DNA of 64,000 nt from Antedon mediterranea. Its lineage: Eukaryota; Animalia; Echinodermata. The notes beneath the pieces are model-generated. The model was not told the origin of the DNA. It did no database searches and saw nothing but the letters and a program-made list of their open reading frames with translations. The stretch spans positions 24,924,001-24,988,000 of the forward strand of contig NC_092674.1 of NCBI RefSeq assembly GCF_964355755.1, given 5' to 3'. Of the stretch, positions 50,880 to 64,000 are shown piece after piece. A program made the translations under genes and the position numbers. Numbering within the stretch: the first letter of the stretch is position 1; each line of letters opens with the position of its first letter.

Positions 50880-52146
50880 GTAAGTAAGAATATTAACTAT
50901 CATTCTATGTAAATTGTGTGTTAATAATGTTATTGTGTTGGTAAATCGGCATAAATATACCAAAATATTAAACTGGTACGTGACGTTTCCGAGTGAATTC
51001 ATCGACCCACCACCAACAACAGGAACAGGGTCATGTTGTTTAGTTGGGAGTTTATGTATCCTTTTTGTTTTGTTGCGGGCTGCTTTGTTGGTCCATTGTG
51101 TGCCCGTGTCTTTCTTTATTTTAGGCCTTTGAAAGTGAATTTATACCTTTGATTATAATGTGTAATATTCTATAAGTATACTTTATTTATCCTAAAAGGT
51201 CAAAGAATAAAGGTTAAAAGTAACAAGCAGGATTTCCTCTCAAGTAGCAGCAGGCTAGGCTAGACAGCTTGCTTGTTGAATATTGTGGAAAGAGGAGAGG
51301 AGGTAGGTAGATGGCTCCCCATTGATGATAGGGCAATTCTTCGGCAATGATAGGCTAGCTCATGTAGGATGTTTTGTTTTTATTACGGGTAGAATTTTCG
51401 AAATGCCTTGGTTTATTTTTGATATGTGTAACCTTTTTATTGCACAAAAAAAACTCTCAAATCATTATTTGTGTAATGTTTTAATAGTTTTTGTTCTTGT
51501 TTTTAATAGATAATATTTACTACTGTCTGCCTACTAACACCTTCATGATAATTTTAACCTAACATATTAACTGGTAACATTTTGAGATTATTGTTTTCAC
51601 ATGCCCTTTTTTTAAAGAATGTTTCGCATCCGAAATTATACAATTCTAGAAACAAAATATAACGTTCAGACACTGTAATCTATAGGCATAATACAACATA
51701 ATCGCACAGTAATATAACAGTTTAGACCAGATATTAATTACTATCCATTAATTTAAAAACCAATTCTAGGCCTATACATGCCAAACGAAATCAAAATATA
51801 GTTTGTATTACTCTGGCATTAAAGCCAAGCTTTTACTTTCCACACATTTCTACAGTACCTTTCTTCGAATATCATTGCACCAAATTTTAAAATTGTTTTC
51901 CTATTAGTTGGTCTTAGGCTAGGAGTTTTGCAGAGTTGTTCCAAGTTGGCATTCTTTTCCTTGATTTACCATAGGTAGCAGTATCCTAAAAATAGAACAT
52001 AACTTTAGAAAAGTTAATTTCCCAGTCTAATAATAATTCTGAAACATGTAAAAAAGGATAATTTTTTACAAAGAATTTAGCTTGTTCTACGTTCAGAGTT
52101 CATGTTACATCAGAAACTCATCAGGTGTTATTAACTGTATCAGAGA

Positions 52147-52680
52147 TAACGGGACGATTCGGCCCACTTTTAGTGGGACGATTCGGCCCACTTTTGGGCC
52201 GAAACATCCCACTTTGAGGGCCGAAACGTCTCACTTTAGACCAAATTCATATTCATTTTCGTTGGTATTTATTTAAGTTTCTAAAGGCGTTTCACAATCC
52301 GTATTTTATTGATATTGACAATGTTGATATACAGTAATATATAAATAAATTACTAAAAAAAACGTAATTTTATATTCAATTTATTACTTCGAAAACTTTG
52401 TTTTTTCGTGCATTCGCCAAACGGCCAACAGAGGGCGTAACTTGTTTACATCGTTCGCATGACTAAAAAATGATCATTTTCGACAATGTTTTCAAACTGT
52501 TTGCTTTATTGCATCTTTATCCCTAATAGTACTACCCCATAGGCCTAGTCTCTCTGAAAATAAATTATGGGGGAAAAAAGCTTATTTTATGCTTATAAAA
52601 TGCATATCAAAGCCACTAAATTTATATGTGCGGAATCGTCTCAGGCCCGAATCGTCCCAGGGCCGAATTGTCCTTGAACC
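52147..52680. mobile_element. MULE-like non-autonomous element with sub-terminal repeats
   Basis: GGGACGATTCGGCCC repeats inverted at both ends; 10-bp direct repeat gtatcagaga at 52137-52146 and 52681-52690. Confidence 0.7.
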
Positions 52681-54859
52681 GTATCAGAGAGTTATTTATT
52701 ATGGTTTAACTGCACATTAGTATTAAGAGAGAACTGATCACACATGCACATACTGTACCACTACCAGCTACCTCTAAAGTAACTTGAGTATGATTCGGAT
52801 CAGCTTAGAACAAAGTGCATGTAGTTTTAGCCATTAAAAAGCCAAATGTGACACACCATAGGAAATATTGCAAAATTGATGTTCCTTGGGTCAAAGGGTT
52901 GCTTGCATTTAGTCATGGTTGTTATGTCGCACTGTTTACAAGATTAGCAAAAATTAGTCATTTTGTTTTTGGTTCTTTTATTAAACTTTTTCATATTAAT
53001 ATGTTTATACTTTAATTAACATTAATATTTGAACTTGGTGTATGAAATGGAATGGTTATGTTTACAAATGAATAATATACTGTAGTGTAAGACTGACTAA
53101 AATGTCTGGTATGCTCATGAGTCATCCACAAGCCAATCAATATCTGTACAATCCTCTGGTATAAGCCCAACCATTCAGTATAAGCCCACTGTAGAATTAC
53201 AGTCAATATTTCGTTATTTATAGGCCAAAGCACTTTAATTCTCACTCCATAGTGATTGTCAGTTTGGTATTAATGCTGAGTAATGATTTATATCACACTA
53301 GCTATTTTTACAATCGTCGTGCATGGCACGACATTTTGAATACAAGAGAGTGTGCTGCATCTCCACTACGTACGAATTTAGACTTGTGCGTTATCTGTTT
53401 TATAACATATGTCTATGAACTATTTTCCCTGACCTTTTTTGGGTGAATAAACCTAGGCCTAGCCTAGAAGCTAGGCCTATCGCAGCAAGCACCACTGTGC
53501 TCGTGGACCAAATCACTGGTTATCTTAGCTAGGCCTAGCAAAACAGTCATGCACCAAAATACAAGTGGTGTGTGTTCAAGTTTTTTTTTTTTAATGGGGC
53601 TGCGGTGCGGACGATTTAGACTACTCGTAAGTCGTGCAGCGCCTAGCGCGCTTGGAGTTCTGCCATATGATTTACACGCAGTGTTGTTATGCTTTTTTGT
53701 TACACACTGTGTGCACTTCAGTGCATGATAGTGAAACAATAAAGAGTGCACACATGACTCATTTCAGCGCATCTGATTGGCTACATCCTTTCCTTAACAC
53801 TCCTTGTTTGTACTGCTGTATTTGAAAACTGATGCTGTTCTCTCCTAATATTTTCTAATCTCATCAATTGTAAACGTTTACATTAATATTGAACTGTTCT
53901 ATTAACTACAGTTCACTGCAGTACAATACTACTAATTGCAGTATTTAATTATGGATTTTGTGAATTAACTAAAAACAGTGACTGGTACTGTATACCATGT
54001 TCTTATCAATCACTAATTATCCTATGTCAGTATATATATATATGCAGTGCATACACTATAATCTTGGTACAATGATGCATTTTTCACAATAAATGGTGAC
54101 CTCTACGTGTGTAGTCAAGTTGTGGATTGACAATCTAAAATTTATGCAAATACTAAAATGAGGATTTTGTTAGGCCCATTAAAACATGGGTCCAATGATT
54201 AAGCTTGGAAGGTCATTGAATCCAAGGATGTAATGTAATTGTGCTTGGCAGAGGTGGGCGTGGGCATCCACATACAAAGTGTTCCACCCAAACCTATAGT
54301 TTGTCTAAGGCTTTCCACCCAGTCTAATTCAAAGCCTGCAACCTGCTTGATTTACTGTTCTTTCCTAACTGTTTAACATCTATAATTCTCTAGGTACAGT
54401 ACTGTACATCCCTGTGTATTTAACTATTATGCACAATTTGTCAAGCTTTATATAGTTAGTCATTCAGATAGGTCATGGTGATACTGTCTGAACATGAAAA
54501 TGCCATGGGCTGAATTACAGCCCAATAGGTGTGACTATTGTATTTGCACATGTTTCATGAACAAAAAGGCCTGATCCAATACATAATGTACAGGGGGCTC
54601 TGTTGAGGAGACATCCCTGTTGAGGGAACACTTTACAAGGGAAAATATGTTTACGACCAACATGAAACATAACCATTAAGGGACACTTTGTTCATTTAAC
54701 CTAAAGGAAACCCATTAGTGTTAATATTATGTACAGTGTATGTACTACTACTGTATGTTCTCGTAATATGTGTACAATCAGTATGTTTTTCTATTTGCAG
54801 CACTTATACTAATGATCGTGGAAGCTAGGTAATGTCTTCTCCTTCGATAGCCACGTATT

Positions 54860-54990
54860 ATGGCCGCTCAGAACCCTAGTTTGTGCCAACCAGGGGGGCT
54901 TACTCGTAGGTCATCACGCGCTACCGTGGCGACAAAACGCAAACCTTCACCAGAGTTGAATACAACGCATGAGTTAGGACAAAGCAAAAG
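54860..54990 (+). CDS. First coding exon of an unidentified, probably nuclear protein (continues beyond window)
   Basis: Acceptor tttgcag 54800, donor AG|GTGAGT 54990; MAAQNPSLCQPGGLTRRSSRATVATKRKPSPELNTTHELGQSKR with basic NLS-like clusters. Confidence 0.55.
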
Positions 54991-57147
54991 GTGAGTTTTT
55001 TTACATTTGATTTACAATTTATTCTATTTTCTATTAAAATGTACATTATTTGCTCGAACTGTAATCTACAATTTCTGTCTACCTACAGTATGCCTATAGT
55101 AGGTTATAGGAGAGGTCCTGTTAGTGTTTTTACTTGCTATTAGTATTAATTTTAATAGCCTTTAGTACAACATTTTTCTAGTAAATTGAAAATTTCAGTA
55201 GTTTTTTAAAGCACTATCATATGTAATCATTTTGAGAAGAAGAACTTTCTGAATTATTAACAGTGTTGTAGTTTGCTTATGGAAACAAAAGACTGCTGTG
55301 TTTTGACGACGTTCATGCGATCAAGGAAAACCACATAAGCAGGCCTTTTTGTAACAGTGTAGAATGTTGGTTTTACCATAGTTATTGTTTTGCCTGAGTT
55401 TCCCATCATTTAATTATAATTTTGCATATTTTGTATGTATTTCAGTAGTGTTTATTATCTCTCCCATTTCCACACATCAGAATTTCTAATTTCAACAAAT
55501 CTCCGATAACTAGCAAAACTAGCACTAGCCGTTCTGAGTAATTCCTTAATCGACAATGTACACAGATTTTACTAAAATTATTTGTGACAATGGTATTGGT
55601 AGGCGGGTGTGTCCCACTAGAGAGGACTATACCAGTAAATGACTGACAGGTGTGTCATAAAAAGTCTATCTTTTTATACAATGTACATATTCTGTGTTTG
55701 ACCATGAATAAATGAATACTGAAATTTATTCCTCTCTTTTGAGATAGAGTTTATTGTCGGTTTATCTCTAGGTAAGTGGCACCACCAACACCATTGTTGG
55801 TTTGTGTAATTGGGCCAAGTTTCCGTAATAAATTACTTGGCAACCCTATGTTAATATTGCATACAGTGGTTAATTTATTGGCCATTAGATGAGTGCCATT
55901 TCCCAGAATGCATCATTCTACATTTTAATGATATGAATGTAGTGGGAATTGCACGGTTTACTAATTCTACATTAAAAAGTAAGATGATAGTAACATTTGA
56001 ATGTTTTCTAGTCAAATTATTTAAATTCTATGACAAACATGTTGTTTCTAAGAAGAATCAATTGTAATCCCCTCTGATTTAAGACAATCAAGACATCTGC
56101 ATTTACCACACAATTGCACCTAGACTTACAATGAAGTTGAAAAATGGGGGAAAATGGCAATTTTCCCTTTAGTTTTCAATGGTTAATATTGTTGAGAGCC
56201 CATATGATAGTTATAAAAGAAACTTAACTGATTCTCGGTACTGTTTTTTTAATTTTAAAGTATATATGCAAATTCTGTAATACAGTGTCACATGTCTGCC
56301 TGTATCATAGACCACAAGCTTTAAACATAGCCTACAGTAATACAGACAGGTATCACATGTGACACTGTTTTACAAATGTTGCCTGTGATATTGTACAGAA
56401 TGTATGCCATATGTCTGGAATTATACAGTACAGTGAATCGGGTGTGCTGCTATCCATTGTTCATTCTCCACTTCGCATTACCATTCATTTAACTGAACAA
56501 CTGATTTAAAACAAAACCCAATGATGTATTAATTATTTCCTTGGCCTATATAAAACAATAGAACTACTGTAAAGACAATGGTAGCATTTTGATTTACTGA
56601 AAATTAGCTCTGTTTGTAACAAAGGAATTGATATTGATTGATTGATTGATGATGTTGTTTTTAGTTAACCTTTGACCTTAAAATAGTTCGACCTTTAGAA
56701 AGACATGAGTGAGAGAAAGTGGACATTTTTTTTTGTAATATAAAGCTTTATTATAGTAAATTACTGTACCAGAATGTATTCATTGAGATACTGAAGTGTT
56801 CATTATCGCCTGGCCCTTTTTAGTAGTTACGTCATTTTTCACAGTTTGGCCTAAATTTTCATGGTTGTGTTTTGCCTAAATCTAAATATTTAGACCCTAT
56901 TTTGGACATACCCTAGGTTACACACTTTCTGTGTTTTTTACTAGATATTTGCTTGTTTATTTTTCAAATTGCCAGCTTTAGAGAAAATAATCGTTAGCTC
57001 TAAAATTGTCCACATACTTATGGCTGGATTATGACCATTTGAAACAATCTGCCTTTTAATCTTTTGAAATCAAACTATTCAAATTGTTTATCTTTAGAAG
57101 CTTACTTTGATACTCCTGAAATTATTCACAATTTTGGGAAATTCAAA

Positions 57148-57254
57148 TTGGGCATGATGATGTCATATCACTACCATATTTGGGTATATCACTACTATAT
57201 TTGGACACATCACACCTTTTTTTGTCAAACTAGTTTGATAGTGTAGACAAAGCT
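57148..57254. mobile_element. MITE family A, left-truncated
   Basis: Internal repeats and right TIR. Confidence 0.7.
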
Positions 57255-57347
57255 TAAAAGACTGAATATTCTATAGATTAGAAAATGCTGTAGTTTTAGC
57301 CATTTAATAAATAAGTATAAAAATGACGCACTAGTAGTAGTAGTACT

Positions 57348-58726
57348 CTGGGCTCGCACTGGCCGATGGCCAAGTCGCCATGGGCGAAAACGTTTCCAGA
57401 TTGGCGAAAAATAAAACGGCTACTTTAGCCATTTTGGCGATGACATATGATAAAATAGATAATTAAATAATCATTTTGGCGAAAGCATAAAGTCCAACTA
57501 AAAGGTCCATTTGTCGATCTCCAAGCATTTATTTTGTTCGTTATCACGTTGTTTACTTCAAGCTCCATTTTTCGTCAACTTGTTTCGTTGTACCAGGCGT
57601 CTCTTTGTTATTTAAAAAAGATGGAGATAGCAGCGGTAGACTGCGCAGAGAGAGAGACGTTATATGACACATGGATGATGAAGTCTACCCAAACTATCAC
57701 ACGTGTTGTGTGCTGCACAAACGACTACTACGTAGCCGAGAGATGGCTAATTACCGGGATTGTCTATTTTTCGATAGGGGTGTACTTTTCAGATTAAAAA
57801 GAAACATTATAGTATCTTCGATAAATGACGTCTTAATCTTATCGAAATCAAAAATGTATGCGTTATGCATTTTAGAGTATTCCAATTTAATGTAGTTTCA
57901 TATTTTACCCTTAATAAACTTCCCTCGTGCGTCAGTGTAAGTAAAACAACATGCGGGAAATGGTAGAGTCTAACCGGGATTTAGCTAAACACACACGTGC
58001 ATCTGAGCGGGGCCGGCCGCCGGCTTCTGTGTTGTGTAAATAAATAATAATCGGGATAAATTTCTCGCCCTGACAAAAACGCTTCGGCGCAGCCTTGAGG
58101 GATGGAAAGACGTGTACTCTGTGCTTTGGCCTATATTATCTTACGTTCAACAACGATACGAGTGTTCGTTTGCTAGGAATTTTCCTCAATATTTTTAGCT
58201 GCGCGGCGGTGATTCTGAGTGACCGTGAAGTCTAGGACACGATTTTCCTCTGGTACGCGATATGGAAGGAAGCCATCACACACAAACATGACCAGCCAAG
58301 CGTAAAAAACAAAAGTAACATAGCGTTCAGGGGATTTCAGAAAACTGTAAAATGTTTCTTATTAAATTGATAACTGTATGATTATGATTTGAAGAATTGT
58401 TTTAATCATGTAAAAAAAATACAAAAAAAATAATATTTTTTTAATCATACACTACAGTGATTTATGCATGGTTCTTTATCTCAATGCCTTACAAAAACAT
58501 TCAGGGAACAGTGTATAGACCTGTTGACATAGATAAATTGACTAAAATGTTTTTGCCATTATTTATATTTCAACAATTTTAAATTTTGGCTAAAAACCGA
58601 TTAATTTGGCTAAATAAAAAAATTTGACTTTAGCCATTGTGGCTATAGATAAACTGATTTGACTAAAAAAAATATTTTGACTTTCGCCAAATGGCTAAAC
58701 AAAATGAAATGTTAGTGCTACCCCAG
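57348..58726. mobile_element. hAT5-like non-autonomous DNA transposon (5-bp TSD)
   Basis: gtact|CTGGGCTCGCACT...AGTGCTACCCCAG|gtact; sub-terminal TGGCGA/TGGCTA repeats. Confidence 0.7.
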
Positions 58727-59604
58727 GTACTGTAGTAGAAAATATAATAATAGAACATTCATGTGCCTAAACTTAAATCAACATGCTAATATTAGCTCAG
58801 TGTAATTAAAATGAAATCATGTCTCCTTTTTATTAAGCACATAATTGCTATTTTCTTTTATAATATTAATAATAATAATTCTGTGACTACAGTAGGATAA
58901 ACTGCAGACAATACTATATTTTAAGGAATATAATTTAAGGAATAAGATTTGCATGAAACATGTTCTATTTCCTGTCTGGATACTGTCATTTCCTTCATGA
59001 AAATAACACTCAGTATTCCAGTACATGTACTTAGTGTAGGCTTAGGGGATGTATCAAGTGGAGGGCAGGGAGGGGGTGGTAGACTGTAATTTGATTGGTA
59101 ATTCCAGGCTGTCGCCCAACTCACTAGTGGCGTTCACATCGAACTATGGCTAGTTAATTTAAGTAGATTATCTATATGATCTCGCCATAATTTGGAAGTC
59201 AACGCTCAATTATGTCCGGATGATGTTTTTTTTCTGGACAATTATTGCTGCTTGGATTTAGAAGTAAATCCAAGGATAGCCAGTTATTTTATGAGGGTAA
59301 TCCAATTAACAACCCAGCGGGTGGCCTTCACCCTCATTTGCACCAATGAAATTGAAGAATTTTTTAACCCAATTGATTCATTTTCATATTTAACATTTGA
59401 ATTGCAAAGAATATGGTCATTCTTCATTGTGTACCCCATAAAATGTCCTAAAAAAATAAATGAACTATGTCTGACGAGGACAGAGGTCTAATAGATATTA
59501 AGAGAAGATGGTAGGCCTAAAATATTTACTATACTGAAAAATAGAATACAAAATTTAACACAGAAAATAAAATGACCAATTGTTTGTAAGATTCTGCTTT
59601 CTAA

Positions 59605-59760
59605 AGGTCTGTCTACACTATCAAACTAGTTTGACAAAAAAAAGTGTGATGTGCCCAAATATGGTGGTGATATGCCTAAATATGGTAGTGATATGACATC
59701 ATCATGTCTATGGGTACATCACATTTTTTGTCACATAAAGTCTGATAGTGTAGACAAGCT
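59605..59760. mobile_element. MITE family A
   Basis: Both TIRs present. Confidence 0.8.
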
Positions 59761-61579
59761 TTTATACACACAAGAACACATTTTAAATAAAGCAATATTC
59801 AATATTAGCATGACCTTTATATTTCTCAGTATTACTGTCATACAGTTAGCAGTATTAATACCCTTAAGATATGGAAAAGACTGTATACTATAACATGGTA
59901 TCTCTTTCTAAATGCACATTCATCCAATACAGAATGTGTGTCAATTCAAATCGTTGATTTAAACGCTACTAGAAACATTATGAATGTAGTATTTAGTTAA
60001 ATGTTTTAGTACTTGGCATTTAATTGAGACAGGTTTCCTAGTGTTGGTTCAGAGAAAAGCTACTGTAATTATACAGTACTAACTATACAGTACAGTAGTT
60101 CTCTCTTCTGTGACAACAATTACATTGTAATTTAAATGGCTTAAATGCTCAGTTAATGCGTACTGCTTTTAATATTTGTATTACATTTGTATTCATTAAT
60201 ATACAGTATGTATGGGAATTGACTAACAAAGTTATGTACTTGTAGGCTGACATGTTTGATTTGAATTGATATTAATTCTGCATAATAAAAAATTATATTA
60301 TTTTTACAATTTATATAGTATTAGTAGTAATTGGCTATATTAGTAATAGGAAGATACTATTGTCCTTAATTTCTTGATATCATCCAATGATGACCTTTAA
60401 CCTTTATTGTTTAATGTATTACTGCACATAACTGAGGTGCATGGTAGTACCCCATTGTCCATTCAGTAATAACAATTTACTAGAACTGAGCAGTTGCCTT
60501 GTTTAGAGAGGCTTACAAAGAACATTCATTGAAACCAGTTTTGTTCTTTTTTTTTGCAAAAAAATACTAAAAAACAGGAATCAATTGGAGAAAACCTAAG
60601 ATCAGTTTTTTTTTGCAGAAACCATATCTAAAGAAAAGAAAATATCTTATAAATATGATTTAATTTCATTCTGTACTTCTGTATCTGAAACTTGGTGACG
60701 CAAACATGAAATCTCTTTGTTGAGTTTTAATTGATTTTTAAACTAAAAGAAAGTAAACACATTTTTAAATAATATTAATTGTTCATTGTTATATTTATAT
60801 TAAGTAAGCTCTCAATCCACTGCAAATAGTATTTATAAAGCATAAAAGGTTAAGATTAGGAACTTTCGCTTTGCGACGATCGAGGACCAACCTAGGTCAG
60901 GTCAATCGATCTGTCGTCAGCATGGACATAGAAATCATCAAACCTGTGTCTAGGTGAGCAGCGGGGATACATAGGTTGGTCATCAGTTGTCGCAATCCCT
61001 ATTGATGTGAAAAGCTTAAAGGACAACTTGACATAAATTATGATTTCAGAACAATCGCGAGTTTAAGGATCTCGCCACCGCCGTAAATTGCTCTTACGTC
61101 ATAGGTGCATCGCAAAATCTACTTTAATGAGTCCAGATAAGCAAAAGAAACAAGAAAAAAACTAGATTTGAACTCGTCACTACGGACGAGTTAGGTTATC
61201 CGCAGAGCAAACGCCACGTGCACGTCATACGTTAGAATATTGCGCAGAGAAAAACGATTATGCCTTTGAAAAAATGTTAAGTATATACAGCTATATATTG
61301 TATACGTATACAGTGAAGAATAGGTGAAAATAAGTGGCCCAAGTTATTGACGCTTTTGGACATGATGATCACAATTTTAAAAACGGTATATCATTTGAAA
61401 GATAATTGATTGGCCTAGACAATATAAAAAAATGGGGGAAAATGGAATACGGATAAGTAGAGATGCGCTCTATTAAATGTGATGAGCTATGACGAAAGAG
61501 ACAAAAATCCGCTATTTTATATTCGAGTGGCCATACGATGACGTCACTATGTCCAGTTTGCCATATCATGGAGGTATAT

Positions 61580-63268
61580 CAGGGCTCGATTTTTGAAATT
61601 TTACTAGCTAGACCACTGGGCTTGTTCAATGTGAGTTTCACTAGCCCACTGGATGTTTCACTAGTCCGCTTATTGACTAAATCTTACTGGGTATATACCG
61701 CACACCTGAATCAAAACTAACTAAACTACTGTAACTTGTAAGTTCTAGTTAGTTTATACAGTAGGCCTATGCTGTAGTTTAAAGGTCAATAACCATACTA
61801 TCGGCTATTCTTGTACAAAATGTGCCATTAGACTGGATAGAAACACACATGTTTTAAACAATTTAAAACGAAAAAAAAATTCATAAGACCACAATTTTCA
61901 AAGTTATATTAATATTATATTATTATATTTGACTAATAGTTCAAAGGTCAATAGTTGTAGAATCGGCCATTTTTTGTAAAAACATTTCATTATAATAAAT
62001 ATGAATGTATAGTTTCTGAACAATTTGAGCCCTATTTCGTGTCTCTCCGATTATTGGTTACTGAGATACGATAAATCAAGGTCAAAGGTCAAAATGCCAG
62101 AAATAAGACTTGCATCCATTTTTTGAGAAAATGTGTCATTAAAGTGAATATAAAAACATATATTTAAAACATTTTGACACCAAAATTAATTATCTGTGAC
62201 AAGTGGTTCTCGAGATATAGGGTAATTATAAAAAATGGCCGCCATTTTTAATTATGCAAATTAAAGGCTTAGATGGCCGAATTTCGCTTGGGATCCGCCA
62301 TATTCGTAATCAGCAAGGTCGAAATATCCTAAATCAAGTGGATCCCAGCTTCTACCCAAAACTGCTTCTTGATTCGTTTTCTAGGCTGTTTTTTCAGAAA
62401 TCTACTACTACTAGGCCTAGGCCTATAATAAATAATATAGGGCTAGGCCTAGAACTAGGCCTAGAAATTAAAAACAAAAATTAAGTACCTGTATTTCACA
62501 AAGTAATACAAAAAAAATATTAATGACAAGTTACTAAGTATCATTTGAATATTACATCTTAAAAATGTAATTAAGGAAAGGGTATTTGGCTGTGTTTACA
62601 TACGGCGGTCACACACGCGATGCTTGCTGGAACAGCTAGACCAGCTGCTGGGATGGTGAGACTAGAGCACATGTTTTGTCACTAAATTTGGGTAACCAAA
62701 TTGGTTGATTTTTTTCGGAGAAAAAAATTAATTAAAATTCCAAAGACAGAAGTGAAGAATCTTCCTCTAATTAATAAAAATAGGCCTACTTCTATTAAAT
62801 TTTTTTTTTATTAACTATATTTTATACATTAAAATTGATTTGTTCAATAAAAGCAACCATTTGGTTGGTACTTGTTCTGGCTTAAAAGACTAGTTGAGGC
62901 ATTTATCTGACACCGCACTGGATACACTGTGAGGTGTAATGGAAGTAAATTGGCACTTGAAAGCAGACAGGGGAATCCCCTTATTGGTGACTTGACACGC
63001 TGATTTAAGGAGCGTGATTAGTTGCTCTCCTTCGTTAACTTTAACGAGGAACGTGATTGCGAAGGCGCTCTATAAAAATGATGGACTACAAACAATTAGG
63101 CCAGTGGCTAGAGTATTTTAATAATGCATTTTAAAAGTCTAGGCCTAAATATTCTCTAGCCTAATTATTTACACACTAGACACCCGGGCTTGTTGGGTGG
63201 AAGATTGACTAACCCAGAGCAGTTTTAACTAGACATTGTACGCCGGACTAGTGAAATATCGAGCCCTG
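61580..63268. mobile_element. hAT5-like non-autonomous DNA transposon (5-bp TSD), nested
   Basis: tatat|CAGGGCTCGAT...ATCGAGCCCTG|tatat; sub-terminal ACTAG repeats. Confidence 0.75.
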
Positions 63269-64000
63269 TATATACCTCCATGGCCATATCGATGCATGAT
63301 TCTATATCTACTCATCAACTTCCATAATAATAATATGTAATAAAAAATAAACTTCACCACGTAGTTTAGAATTTATGACTGTTTAAAAAAAAGGCGTAAT
63401 TTTGACGAAATAGATTTTACGCATTTTAAAATTTTAAATGCGTGTGCGCGCGTAACTTTCTGTGAAACATGCCATTTTTAATGCATAGAAAGTTTGCCCT
63501 TGATATAACTTACATTTTCTCCAAGTTTCAATACAAAATGATTTTTGGTTTTTAATCTATGATCAATCATTGAAATTCATAAAATAGGTGCAAGAAAAGA
63601 GGTGCAAGAAGTTTCTTGCACATCTACAGTTAAAGGTCAATCTTGTGACAAAGTTATGTTGACAAGTATTAGAGATACGCTGCGGACAAAATTCTGGGAA
63701 AGAAAGAAGAATAAGATAGAAAAAAAAAAGATCCTGATAACCAATCAACATTTATATTTTTTACGATTTATTTACAAAGTGTGTTTAGAAATGTTTGCGA
63801 TTTGCCAGACTTTACCAGAAAACTCGTGACAAAAATTTTGTGATGCACCTGTGATGTGACAGCAATTTACAGCAATGGCTGTACGGCGAGCGTGTCCGGC
63901 GATATCCTTGATCTCGCGATGGTTCTGAAATCATGTACATCCCTTAAAATACTGTACGTTGTTAAAATATGGTCCTCGATCGAGTTCTCCTTTTATACTG

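Noticed and set aside
55000-61100. Further exons of the last gene
   Set aside because: No convincing in-phase exon with good splice sites found by eye; treated as intron

Overview
AT-rich, intron-containing animal genomic DNA (marine invertebrate; an echinoderm is a reasonable guess from the apextrin gene, intronless GPCR expansion and abundant TAGGCCTA, but this is inference). Left to right: (1) a minus-strand secreted F-type-lectin/discoidin-like gene missed by the ORF track; (2) a ~174-bp-period tandem array of intron-containing tRNA-Ile(UAU) genes and pseudogenes, with further copies interleaved between receptors; (3) seven single-coding-exon rhodopsin-class GPCRs plus one deletion pseudogene; (4) a ~5-kb tandem duplication carrying a GPCR and a 4-exon 261-aa orphan gene; (5) a minus-strand apextrin-type MACPF+ApeC gene whose signature exon looks damaged; (6) a 9-exon 519-aa type-I membrane protein with an EYS-like N-terminal domain and six EGF repeats; (7) the 5' end of a large unidentified gene; plus many non-autonomous transposons (Harbinger-, Kolobok-, Helentron-, MULE-, hAT5-like and tiny P-like remnants). 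All gene models were spliced by eye and family names come from recalled motifs, not database searches.
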